This document shows, piece after piece, positions 12,543-25,004 of a DNA stretch of 64,000 bases; the first letter of the stretch is position 1; the number at the start of each line of letters is the position of its first letter. The notes beneath the pieces were generated by a model. It did no database searches. It saw only the letters and a list, made by a program, of their open reading frames with translations, and was not told the DNA's origin. This DNA is from Somniosus microcephalus (lineage: Eukaryota), in assembly GCA_052327205.1 (NCBI GenBank), contig JBMRGM010000043.1, positions 30,938,001-31,002,000 on the forward strand. The letters are read 5' to 3'. Both the position numbers and the translations under genes were made by a program.

Positions 12543-12572
12543 TGCAAATTATTCATCAGGCGACAACACAAG
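12543..12572 (+). CDS. Gene A leader mini-exon S2 (30 bp), (L)QIIHQATTQ
   Basis: Polypyrimidine tract + cag acceptor, AAG|gtatga donor, phase 1-1; completes signal peptide MKHICCLLIFLQIIHQATTQ-A. Confidence 0.75.
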
Positions 12573-13830
12573 GTATGATGACAATAATGTCCATTTTTGA
12601 TAATCCAGTTTGTGGAATGAACGCTTCCAATTTATATCTACAGGGCAGCAGCAATCCAGCAATGGAGTAATTGTCAGCTGTTCGCCCGAGCGAAAAACTG
12701 ACCTTCTGGACTCGCCACCTATGAGACATGCTCGAACATCATTTTCATTGATTGAGTGGAAATGTAAAGTGGGCGGTTTCTCCAATGGTCGTCCAATCAG
12801 AACCCCAGATTTAAGCCTCAGCACCAAGCTTAATGTTTACCACAATATATTAAAGACAAAATGATTTATAAATTGGTCTGGGTAACTGCCAGCTCAGTCA
12901 CCTGAGGATTGGAAGAGAGCAATCATAATTGAGTAATAAATGGATGGATAAATAGAGAGCTCTTTGATGAAGTAACAGCAAGTGCTGATGAAATGAGTGC
13001 TTAATGAACTTCCACATAACAGACCTGTGAGCAAATTTGAAACCCATGTGAATAAGGGGAAGTGGCAGTGTGGATAAGAAATGGGCTGAGACTAAATGCA
13101 GAGACTAGTTATGAAGTGAATGTTCAGTGGTGTCTCGCAGATGTCTTTATTGGGTTCACTGTTCTGTCTGATAATTATATATCACCTGGATTTGGGTATA
13201 CATGTGCACAACTACAAACCTTGCAGAATCATGAAGCTCGGAAATGTAGCAAGCATTGCGAAAGATAGAAAGAGACTTCAGAAAGAGAAAGACAGACGGC
13301 CGACGTAGGCAGATACAATATATTGCTGGAAATTGCAGAGGAAATTTACTAATATTGTACCAGGGACACGGGATTTCAGTTGCATGGAGAAACGAGGGCT
13401 GTTCTCCTTTGAGCACCGAAGTTTAAGGTGTGATTTGATCGAGCTGTTCAAAATCATGAAAGGTTTTGGTACAGTAAATAAGGAGACACTTTTAAATGTT
13501 ATGTTAATTGTTATAGTTGAAACGCCTACCGGTGACAATGGGAGGCGATTGTGCCGCCCAATCTTTGGTCCTACTGAAAATGGTAGGGTGCTGAGTGTCT
13601 GCGTTAAAGCAATGGTAAGACTACCGACCCCAGTTCGAGACGGTTACCACCCGATTTCACCAAGTTAATGTCACCTCTTAAATAGAAATTTCGATCAATA
13701 GACAGCCGTTAGGTAGCTCCCGGTTGGGACACTGAGTAGAAATACCCACTGTATTGACTACAGTAGATAGTGCATAGATTAGAAATTTCAATATTTCTAA
13801 TCATAAATTCCATTTATTGTCTTTCTGCAG

Positions 13831-14082
13831 CTCCTGGGCCGGAAGTGCTGGTTAGTTACCCCAGCAGTGGTGTGGTAAAGGAAGGAGAGGAATTTAAGCT
13901 GCATTGTCGATACAGTGGCAAAGTTACTTCCACTCATTGGTTTAAAAATAAAGTACATTTAAATAAAACTCACAGTGAGTTTTATGAATCGCTTGCGGAC
14001 AGTAGCAGTGGAGGCTCTTATCACTGTGCCCTGTTGTCAAACAAATGGGAGAGGAGTGAACCTCTGGAAGTGGTCACCATCG
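13831..14082 (+). CDS. Gene A Ig domain exon 1
   Basis: ctgcag acceptor, G|gtaggt donor, 252 bp phase 1-1; KEGEEFKLHC..WFKN..GGSYHC..RSEPLEV C2-set motifs. Confidence 0.9.
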
Positions 14083-14109
14083 GTAGGTGAACTTTGACAC
14101 TTAAAATCA

Positions 14110-14500
14110 TAGAAAATAGAAAAATCTACATTTATATGGCATCTTGCACGACCTCCGATTGCACTTCACAGGCAATTAAGTACTTTTCAATATAGTCACT
14201 GATGTAATGTGAGATAAGTGACAGCTAATTCGGGCAGAGCAAAGCTCCCACAAACAGCAGTGTAATAATGACCAGGTCATCTTTTCAATTCTATTGGTTG
14301 AGTGATTGAGCTTCCAATTATTTTTGTGGGAACTTTAACGCCCACCTAATAGGCGATACAGGGCCTCGGTATAATATCTCATCAAAAAGGCTCCGTTTCC
14401 TTCAATAATGACACCGGGAGTCTCTGGAGTGGGGTTCAAACCAACGCCTCACTATCGCAGAAGCGTTTGGGCAGCAAGTGAGCCACACCTATTGTTAGTT
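14110..14500 (-). mobile_element. Degenerate SINE (SacSINE-like), reverse orientation
   Basis: Resembles reverse complement of the 11675-12065 SINE (catttatatggcatctt...ggggttcaaacc...gtgagccac). Confidence 0.5.
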
Positions 14501-15093
14501 ATTGACTGCTGAGTCAAACCGCTGGAAGTGGCCACCATCGGTCGGTGAACTTTGACCCACAGTCAGCTCAGCCTTTGTCCCGAAAAGTTAAGTTTTTAAA
14601 GAGGTCTCTCAGTAAATCGTAAGACAGTATATCAAACATGTTACATACTTGAACAAAATTGCCAAATGGTCACTGGGATGAAGCGTGTGGCGAGTCCACA
14701 AAGCTGAGGTCACTTTTTCCTCAAATCCCTTCAACCAGCTCTGTTCTAAACAATCCCAGCTCCTCTAGCCTCACCACACCTGATGAACAAATACCAGTCG
14801 TTCCTTGAGAGAGGGCCGAGTTTGTTGCTGATTGGTAGAATCGGATTTCGAAGTAAAAGTTATTTGATTGACATTTGAAGGACCACATAAGGGGGTGTCA
14901 GCTGAACTTAATAAGGGACACGTGACTTTCTAATGCCACACTTGTCGCTGGGGCTTTTTGCATTATAGATGTGGTGTTCGTTACTGAAGTGATTACTATA
15001 GCTGCTCTTTAAAGGAAATAAATATAGGATGTCATACCTGTAGTTTAACATATTCCAGTTTGTGCTTACTTAATATTTCTTACATATTTTCAG

Positions 15094-15354
15094 CTTCTGA
15101 TATGTTTTTAACTCTTGAAGTAAATCCAAGGGCCGCGCTGACAGGTGAAAGAATTATCCTGAATTGTTTGGTGTCTGACCAGAAAGGGAAAGGATACTTC
15201 CTGTGGTATCAGAAAGAAGAGATAATACATGGAACTTCTCAATCTCAGTACATCATAGCTAATGCAAAAATTGCAGATGAGGCATCTTACCGGTGTGAAC
15301 GCAGAATAGGCTACAGGAAGTGGGTCTCACTGGAAGTAAACATCACCATAGCAG
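15094..15354 (+). CDS. Gene A Ig domain exon 2
   Basis: tttcag acceptor, CAG|gttggt donor, 261 bp; TGERIILNC..FLWYQ..DEASYRC. Confidence 0.9.
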
Positions 15355-16916
15355 GTTGGTCACTGGCTTTGTTGTTTTCCTCCGAAACGTGCTGCTTGTT
15401 AATTTGCTGAAAGATGGAAAACGATTCGAAGAATATTCTTTGGCTAGACAATTTCTGTTGAAATTGGTAAATATTGGCAAGTACTGGGAAAACATTACAA
15501 GCTGGGCACTGTAGGCAAGTCTCTGGTTCGCATGTGGCAAAATAACACACTCCGTTAACTCTAAGGGCCCCATGAATCCATAGGAGGGGAGGCCTCCATC
15601 TCCTGAGAACTATCGGGAAATGTCGTTGGAGGTCATTTGCGTTTCATTTCCGTGCTCTCACGCTGCTGGGCGATTTCATGTGCATCCCCGTGCTCATATC
15701 ACTAGGGCTGCATATGGGTTAGTAATAACAGTGTCGTTAGAATGTGGAACTCGCTCCCACAGGGAGTAGTTGAGGGAATTGCATTTAAGGTGAAGCTAGA
15801 TAAACACATGAGGGAGAAAGGAATAAAAGTATATGTTGATGGGGTAGATGATGAAGGCTGGGAAGAAACACGTGTGGAAAATAAGCACCTGCATGGACTT
15901 ATTGGGCTATCTGCTGTAAATAATGTGTACAATGTTCTTTGCGTCAGGAGGAGCTGTTCCGGTCTTCCACTAAATTTTCCTATCCATTTAGCTATGGCGG
16001 ACCACAATAGAGGGGCCACCTGATAAACACTGGTGGTGGAGCTTTCGTCAGAATAATCTGCCAACAAAAGTCTTTTTGAGGATCCAAGGGCATCCTAAAT
16101 AGAGAATATATTATACAGCTTTTTGACTTAAATACAATCACCGAAACTCCCGCCTGCCGATCGTAGGTCCTGGGGGACTTTGAACTGCTAATTTTCAGCC
16201 GCAACCTGAACGTCCCATTTCAGGCTAGTGGCAGTGCTCCAGGGCCAAATGATGTGCGCCTGTGACTGCCGTATGCAAAGCAACGTAAGGCCATCCCAAC
16301 TTAAACGGATTTGCTGCTAATGAATGGGAGATTGTAGCTGAGTCAGGCTTATAGCTGAGGCCTGGAAGATTTGGCGCACTTTTTCCATTATGTTCACAAC
16401 GCACCTCTGGCACCCTGTGCCCGCTGGGCGTCTCAGAATGCAAAATGAGCTGGATGCCCTCCTTACCGACTCTGGTGGGGTGGGTGGAATGCTCCTCAAA
16501 GAATCTGGCGGAATTTCCTTCTATTGAAATCAATGGATAGCATATATGGCGGGTTCAGTATGCTATAACTGATCCTTTGCGCCGGATTTTCGATTCCCTT
16601 ATCTGATTAGGCATTGCTTACCCGCTCTACCAACATAGATCATTTTCAGTGTTCCAACCTAGGAAGAGCTGGGCCAAATGGTGGGGAAGTGCTGCACGAG
16701 GAGGGCAATATCAATAAACCGCAATTAGAACCATCAGTTAATTCATCACCAACTGTCCACTGCTTCCTTTCTGTTCTGTATTGGGCCCAAACTTGATTGG
16801 AGTTGGGATTGGGATTATATAACGTGTCCAATGTATTCGGGCTGTTGTAGAAGCAGTTCTCAGTTTGATTTAAGCATTTGTTGAACTAAACCACGAAATT
16901 CTGCTCCCGCTATTAG

Positions 16917-17171
16917 ATGGCGATGTGGCCTTCCATGTCGACCCACCTTCGGGTTTGGAAGGAGATGTTCTGATTCTGAATTGTCGGTACAGAAACTATT
17001 ATTTGTGGAAAGATGTCGGTTTTTACAAAGGCAATAGAATAATCCACTCAATGAAGTTGAATAATTGGAAAGCTCTGCATAGCATTAGAATGAATAGATC
17101 AAAAGAAAGCGGATCGTACCATTGTACTATTGACGATAAGATTTCTCGAAGTGTTCATGTTCAAGTTTATG
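16917..17171 (+). CDS. Gene A Ig domain exon 3 (FcR D2-like)
   Basis: tattag acceptor, G|gtatgt donor, 255 bp; LEGDVLILNCR..VGFYKG..ESGSYHCT. Confidence 0.9.
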
Positions 17172-18208
17172 GTATGTATGCAATAATTCAATTGGTGATA
17201 TCCCTCTTTAAAATATATTCATCTTTAAGGTCCGAGAAGTTCTAAATCTGTACAAAATTATACATAATTCTGTGATTCCGGAAAAATGTGTTCGCGTTAG
17301 TTCATAAGATGTTTATCTAACAACGTGCTACTTTAGCCGATATATAACCCAGGGCGGGTCTCCTCCCGTGCCAGCACCAGCAGCTTTCTTTCTCCTCCCA
17401 CCCCACCTCAGAGGTGAATTTGGCGGCTACCCCCATTACCACCATGTCACATCTAGAGGCTGACGGGGAGTTTGCTCCCAGGAAACCGAAATATGATGCT
17501 GCCTCTGTCCTTAACAACCACGATGAGGAGTTGACAAAAAGTACCAGCAGGTCCTCGTGAGCCCCTGGAACTTCAGTGGTGAGTCCGCTGACGGACTTTG
17601 TGGTAGGATAGAATAAGCAGTCTGCTCCTCTCCACTCTCTTTTGCTAGCATCACTTACGTGTCTGGCGTAAGCATCGTCACAGACTCCTAATAAACTATG
17701 GGAGCAGATTCCCTTGGATGCCCATGTCATCGCAGCGGGTGTGTTATATCATCACTGATCCATCACCCTGGCCATGACAATCCGGAGTCTTTGTAATTTC
17801 AGATGCTGACAGCTGAGCGGGGGGCTGGCTGGGGACAGAGCGGTGTAGCTGTGAACATTTGTGGAGTTCACCGTGGTCATAGTATACGGTGAGATGCAAC
17901 AGAGCATGGCTGAAAGAGAAAAGATCTATGGGAGGTTTCCTGCTGAAAGATAATTCTTGCCCAGCATGGAATTCCTGTTTCAGCAGAATATATTAAGTAG
18001 ATTAAGTTCTCCGCAATCAAATAATCGAGAGGAAGTCCATAACACCCGCCCGCTCCAGTTTTCCACAGTACAGCTGCTGGTTACCATGAAGTATAGCCGC
18101 CCCTCGTGGCGATTCTTGGTATTGCCTTGCTCTTATTATCAATCACTGCTAGGTGTTTAACTCAGTGATAGGATCCGTTATCTGTCAATCCAGATTCTGT
18201 TTTCACAG

Positions 18209-18487
18209 AACTCTTCGCCAAACCTAAACTGAGGACTGAGCCTGCAGTTGAAATATTTGAGGGAGACCAGTTAAAATTGATCTGTTTTGTTGAAACAATG
18301 GTGTCCAGTATTGGGCTGCAATACTCGTTTTACAAAAATGGCAAAGCTCTGAGCTTGAATGCATACAACAACTTTAATCTCACTGAGGCAGCTTCTTTGA
18401 AAGACTCGGGGACTTACCTGTGTGAAGCAAATGTTTTATACCGTGGTGTGAAAAAGAAGAGCAATGAGGTTTCCATTGTGATAAAAG
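18209..18487 (+). CDS. Gene A Ig domain exon 4 (FcR/FCRL D3-type)
   Basis: tcacag acceptor, AAG|gtaagg donor, 279 bp; ELFAKPKL..EGDQLKLIC..LQYSFYKNG..DSGTYLCEA..VKKKS, the FCGR1/FCRL D3 pattern. Confidence 0.93.
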
Positions 18488-18586
18488 GTAAGGACAACCA
18501 GCTGTAATTATTGTTCATCTTTCATTTAAACATTTCTTCATGTGATTTATTTAAATCAACGTACCAGAGGAATCCATTCTGGTAAA

Positions 18587-20640
18587 GAAACATAGAAACA
18601 CTGAAGCTAGGAGCAGCAGTAGGCCATTCGGCCCCTTGAGCCTGTTCCATGATTTAATGAGACCATGGCTGATCATCTAAATTCAGTACCCTGTCCCTGC
18701 TTTCTCCCCATATCCCTTGATCCCTTCCACCTTAAGAAATATATCTAACTCCTTCTTGAATATATTTAATTAATTGGCCTCAACTGCCTTCTGTGGTAGA
18801 GAATTCCATAGGTTCACCACTCTCTGTGAAGAAATTCCTCCTCATCTCAGTCTGAAATGGCTTACCCCTTATCCTTAGACTGTGACCCCTGGTTCTGGAC
18901 TCCCCCGCCATTGGGAACATCCTTCCTGCATCTAGTCTGTCTAGTTCTGTTAGAATTTTATAAGTTTCAATGAGATCCCCTCTCATTCCTCTAAACTCTA
19001 GGGAATATAAGCCTAATCGATCCAATCTCTCATCATACGTCATTCCTGCCATCCCTGGTATCAGTCTGGTGACTCTTCGCTGCACTCCCTCCATGGCAAA
19101 AACATCCTTCCTCAGATAATGCGACCAAAACTGCACACAATACTTAAGGTGTGGTTTCGCCAAGGCCCTGTACAACTGCAGGAAGACATCCTTGCTCCTG
19201 TGCTCGAATCCTTTCGCTATGAAGGCCAACATACCAATTGCCTCCTTAACCACCTGCTGCACCTGCATGCTTACCTTCAGCGACTGGTGCACAAGAACAC
19301 CCAGGACTCATTGCACGTCCCTTTTCCCAATCTATTGCCGTTCAGGTAATAATCTGCCTTCCTGTTTTTGCCACCAAAGTGGATAACCTCGCATTGATCC
19401 ACATTCTAATGCATCTGCCATGCATCTGTCCAATCACCCAGCCCGTCCAAATCAACCTGGAGTTCCTCAGCATCCTGCTTACAGCACACACACACACCCA
19501 GCTTTGTGCCATCTGCAAACTTGGAGATATTACACCTAGTTCCCTCGTCTAGATCATTAATATATATTGTGACTATCTGGGCTTCTAGCGCTGATCACTG
19601 CGGTACCCCACTAGTCAATGCTTGCCACTCAGAAAAAGACGGGTTTATTACAACTCTTTGCTTCCTGTCTGCCAACCAGTTCTCTATCCAAGTCCCAATC
19701 CCATGTGCTTTAAATTTGCACGGTAATCTCTTATGCGGGACCTTATTGAAACCCTTCTGCAAGTCCAAATGTGCCACATTCACTGGTTTTCCCTTATCTG
19801 TTCTGCCAGTTATATCCTCAAAAAATTCCAGTAGATTCGTCAAGCATGATTCACCTTTTGTAAAGCCATGTTGACTTTGTCCGATCTGGTCACTGTTTTC
19901 CAAGTGCTCTGCTGTTACATTATTCATCATGGAGTTTAGCATTTTCCCCACTTCCGATGTCAGGCTTACCGATCTTTAATTCCCCTTTTTATCTCTACTA
20001 CCTTTTTTAAATAGTGGGGTTACATTAGCTACTCTCCAATCCATGGGCATTGTTCCAGCTTCTATCGAATTTTGGAAGATGACCAGCAATGCATCTACTA
20101 TTTCTAGGGCCATTTCCTTAAGTGCCCTAGGGTGTAGATTATCAGGCCCTGGGGCTTTATGAGCTTTCAATGCCATCAATTTGCCTAACACCATTTCCCT
20201 ACAAATAGTGATTTCATTCAATGTCTCCCTCTCATTAGACCCTATGTTCCCCGACATCTCTGGGATGTTAGTTGTGTCCTCCTTTGTGAAGACAGTACCA
20301 AAGTATGTATTTAATTGGTCTGCCATTTCTTTTTTCCCCATTGTAAATTCCCCTGATTCTGACGGCATGGGACCTACGCTTGACTTCACCAATCTTTTTC
20401 TCTTCACATATCTTATGACGCTTTTACAATGAGTGTATACGTTCCCTGCAAGCTTACCCTCATATTTTATTTCCCCCACTTAATTAATCGCTTTGTCTCC
20501 TTTGCTGAATCCTAAACTGCACCCAATCCTCATGTTTGCTGCTTTTTCTGGCCAATTTAGATGTCCTCTCATTTGATCTTATGCTATCCCTAATTTCCCT
20601 TGTTAGCCACGGTTGAGTCACCTTTTTGTTTTATTTTTAT
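18587..20640 (-). mobile_element. CR1 LINE, 5'-truncated, decayed RT
   Basis: Minus-strand ORFs [45 protein letters not shown]; 3' tail seen as (aaacatag)n. Confidence 0.93.
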
Positions 20641-21723
20641 GCCAAACTGGGATGAAAAAATCCTGTATTAAGATCTACCCACAGGTTTAACACGTAATAA
20701 ATCAATTTTGAGTGCAATCTGTTTAAATCATATCGCCACGTGGCACTTATACAATCCATACATTTGCGAAAAACCGCAAAGTTTGATGACCAGTGCCCAC
20801 TCCCAGTGGGTAATATTAGCTTCCTGTAAGAATGTGGAATGGGCGGTATTTGATTTGCCTCCAATTATATATCCCGCCAGTTTTTGCCTCCCAACATTTT
20901 AATGGATAGGGAAATCGTGCATGGTCTACAGTTGGCACAGGATACGATGCCGCGCATTATACCCCACAGTCATGAGGTGAAGTTACCTCCTCTGTTTCTG
21001 TCTGGCTGAATCAGCACAGGGCAGTAACCGGTCAGGAATAGCTGGGAGATAAATCAGACAATGCCTCATTTCTTACTAGTCCCGGAAATCTTTTATAGTT
21101 GAAAACGCTTGGGTGAAATTTAAAGTTGAGAGCACAGAAGCGGATCAGCAGACAATGGAATAGAAATTGGCCTGTGTTTATAAAGGGATGACCAATCTGC
21201 TACCACGGGTGTTGCACCCAAACCAAACTTGAATTTTCACCTCCTTCCATTTCAGTAAATGGGGAGGAAAAACGCTTGAAGTCACTAAAGTCTGTGCCTC
21301 TGAATTCCTCGGGATTTCTTTTCCATTCAGTTAGATCCAGCCAATCATAACTCTAACTTTGCATTTTCAATGGAGCAGGCAATCTGAACACAATGTGACA
21401 GTTATCGATCCTGTGTCAGCAGTGGATTTCAGAAGAATTGTAGTGTCAAGAACTGAGCTTTTAACAATAACGTCCCAAAATTTGCAGCTGCTGCAACAAT
21501 GATGAAGGAGACGTCACTATCTAACGCCTGGGCGCAAAGCATCGCCTGGGCTGAGAGCAGGGATCAAATTCTGGAATAGGGGAGCATTGGGATTTTTTGG
21601 AATAATCTCAGAGGACCCACAGGATTTGCCTTCCATTCATTGTTCTGCTGCACAAACACGGAAATTGTTAAGTCTGTGATAGACGAAGAACCTGTCAAAT
21701 CCCTATTTCATTCTATTTTATAG

Positions 21724-22002
21724 AGGCCTTCTCCAACCCTACGTTGATGGCTGAGTGTGACGCTCAATTATTGGAGGGCCAACAGTTAAAACTCGCCTGC
21801 TTCGTTGAAATATTTCGATCCAATTCTTCTTTGAGATTCGTATTCTACAAAGATGGACAACCTCTCAATTCAGCAGCAGAACACAACTATTACATCAAGG
21901 AGACATCTAGGCTGGACGATTCGGGGATTTACCGGTGTGAAGCAACTACTTTGAACAGTGAGGTGAAGAAACTGAGTAATGAGGTTTCCGTTTCAGTCAG
22001 GC
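21724..22002 (+). CDS. Gene A Ig domain exon 5 (D3-type)
   Basis: ttatag acceptor, C|gtgagt donor, 279 bp; EAFSNPTL..EGQQLKLAC..FYKDG..DSGIYRCEA..VKKLS. Confidence 0.93.
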
Positions 22003-22998
22003 GTGAGTAAAATTTAAGATAATTGATTATCACTTTTAAAGAGAACCTGAAAATCATAGAAAACGGGCAGCGCTGATTCAACAGATCACCAGGGAAGTAA
22101 AATGGTTTGCAGCAGGGTAGACTTGAGGTACTGGGACTAACACTACCGGGTTAGCCATGGCTAAGGGTTATTTCATTAGTGTTGTTTACATGCCAATTGC
22201 GAGATAGGGCGATTATGGACAGATATTCTCTGATTACAAAGACAGGAAGGAGGGATCAGTAATGTATAATTATCATTAAAGCAGGAGGGTAGCGCTTAGA
22301 AGAACCTTCTTTACATAGACGAGTGCTGGAACATAGAATGATTTGTCAGGTGGAGCGGTGGAGTTAGTTACCATTGCATTTAGGTTTGAGTATTGTTTAT
22401 GGTACTGGAACAGTGCATGGCACCTGCCTTTGAATAGCAGTGCGAAGGGCAACCAAGTGTGGTGTATGATGAGCGGATAATTCCACATCCTGCATTTACA
22501 CCATCTTGTAAAAATTCAAAATACCCCGAGTTGTTCCTTTTAAAATCAGTGCAAGTTGTACTGTTGGCTCATTGTCACCACCTCATTGAGGCCGGTGACA
22601 AACGAACGCTGCACATGAGTGTTTCAGTGCATAAACGAACCTACCAGAAATAATCATCTTGTTTGATAGCACCAAAATATTATCGTCCACTTGCTATATT
22701 CCCGGTTTGATATACAATCCTGTTGAAAACGTTCAATTTTGGATGAAAACCTACTATTTGGAATTATGTGCAGTAACTTTAGTTAGAACTAATATTCGAT
22801 ATCACTGATGGTACAGCACAAGGGCAAATCTGAACTAAATATTTTCACCAATGCATTTGCAGCTGATCAGCAATTCTTGCACTAGTCTGATTTACATATC
22901 TGATTTAATCTATGTTAGTACTCAAAATAATTTCAATTTTGAATTGTCACTTGCAGAATTAGTTCTCTACATCTTCAAAATTATTTGCTTTCCTGTAG

Positions 22999-23280
22999 CT
23001 GGTGCTTCTCTCACTTCCATTAACGACAAAACTGAGATTTCAGCGGGGGACCGTCTCGTTCTCCAGTGCCTGGTGAAGAGAGGCACTGCACCACTTTTCC
23101 TCTGGTACCTGAACAACCAACAGTTAGGAAACAACAGCGAATCTTACCAATTAAACACGGACGGGAGTGAGCTCATTATCAATTCATTCCAGATAGGCCA
23201 CGGAGGTCGGTATCACTGTGTAGCGACCTATGAAGGAATATATAACACAACCAGCAATTATATCAACGTCACGATACAAG
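22999..23280 (+). CDS. Gene A Ig domain exon 6 (membrane-proximal)
   Basis: cctgtag acceptor, AAG|gtaaca donor, 282 bp phase 1-1; GDRLVLQCLVKRGTAPLFLWY..HGGRYHCVA. Confidence 0.88.
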
Positions 23281-24113
23281 GTAACAGAACATTGTGTTTG
23301 ATCTGATTTTATGAATTACTTTTCTTTCGGCAAAGTAAACAGTATATTGCATTTGCATGCTTTATATTCAGAAATGACACATCGCACCTCAGGTGAAAAT
23401 TTATAAGAATAGTTTCTGATTAAGTAATTGAACTTAACTAGGTGAAACTCGTTCTGAAATAAACTAGCAATATTTCCCACGGGCGCATTTGAAGTTGAAA
23501 TCGATAAGGATACAAAGCAGAGCCATGATCATAAAGCGACAGTGAGGGGAATATTGGGAGGGGTGAGCAAAAACCTAGCTGCAAATATGGTTCCTGTGAG
23601 GATGTTTGAAGCAGGCTGTAGTAGATGTGGTTTAGGAGAGTAGAGCCAAAGCACTTTCACTCACTAATTGTCTGACAAAGGAATCGTGTACTCCCAATAG
23701 GCCACAAATCAATTGACTGAGGGCTGTATGGATGGAGATAAAATTGGAGGAGATTTTTTTAAATGATAAGGAACACGAGGACCTGGTGTTTAAAGTTGTT
23801 TCCTTCGAGTACATGAAGCTAGATGGGAAAAATGGCGAGTAGGTTTTGGTGTGGGACAGGGACGTCTGGTTTAGTTGTATTTTGTGGACGGCGGCATTAG
23901 GAGCCCAGAAAGTAAGGCATTGTAATAATCGAGTCTAGAGCTGACAAATCCAGGAATCAGTGTTTCAGAATGACGGGGCTGAGCTGGGTAGAAATGGAAT
24001 CCATTCAGTGCAGATTTTAAAAACAATTGTAATTCTTCCTATGGTGCGAGGTTGAATTTGTACTGCTTGGAACGGTTTGATGTGATTCATGGAACAAGTT
24101 TGTTTGATTCCAG

Positions 24114-24215
24114 CACAAAGTCAAACAACCGCGATCACAGCAACAGTTATTCCAGTTTTTCTGATCGCTGCCCTGATTGCACTGGTTTTCTTCAAACTTC
24201 GGAAGAAGAAACAAG
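24114..24215 (+). CDS. Gene A transmembrane exon (uncharged TM)
   Basis: ttccag acceptor, AAG|gtgagc donor; AQSQTTAITATVIPVFLIAALIALVFFKLRKKKQ = hydrophobic helix plus basic stop-transfer. Confidence 0.92.
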
Positions 24216-24705
24216 GTGAGCAGTGTCTTACGGGCAGGTGATTGGCTCGACAGCCACGGGATGGGATTCATTACCCTCCATATTGAGTTGCATCATTCGA
24301 AATGTAGCAGAATGATTTGAGAGGGAGACGCACATTTTGGGCGGGAGTGCAAAGAGTTATTTACATGGATGGGTTCGGTTGATGAACTCAGCTTACAGGT
24401 ATAAATCTGTGCGAGGGGGAGAATAATAACAGGCACGTGGTTCGGAAGAGAATGTGAAATCTGCTAGATGATTTGTAATGATTGGTGATATCTTAAAGTT
24501 TTCCGTAAGTTCTTTGTGCATTCGTGCTCTGTTTTATTTAATTATTGATATAATAAATGCACGTGTGTAACAGTTTTTAATTATTAGCAATGAATATGCT
24601 TACTGTCTGAAGATTATTTAAGGAAACCCAAACCATCTCTAGGCAGTAAACGTGCCATAGTTATTGCACAACTTGCTGAAATATGTCTCTTCCTATTTTA
24701 TCCAG

Positions 24706-24736
24706 AGAATTCCTCAAGTGTTTCACAGCCGCAGGG
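24706..24736 (+). CDS. Gene A cytoplasmic exon C1, ENSSSVSQPQG
   Basis: atccag acceptor, GG|gtaagt donor, phase 1-2; paralogs at 41461 and 57313. Confidence 0.85.
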
Positions 24737-25004
24737 GTAAGTCTGCAAAATCTTTCTATTAGTCCGTTGTAACTATATCCATGATTTTACTGAAAGCTGA
24801 AATTCCTCTTTGGCATGGGTGCAAATTATACGCCCCCAATTGGAACTGAATATTGGACTGGACGTAGACGGTCGCTAGTTGCACTACAGCCAGTTATGCC
24901 TCCGCGTACAAATGGAATTACACCCCATAGTCTCTGATATAGCTCCGATGGAGACGGTTGGAGTGTTTAATGGCTAAATATTCTATTTTTTTTGTTCTTG
25001 CTTT

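Noticed and set aside
13770-23306. Ig ORFs as antigen-receptor V/C segments (IgNAR, IgW, TCR)
   Set aside because: C2-type FcR-like motifs, phase-1 spliced exons, no recombination signal sequences or J motifs noticed at exon ends.
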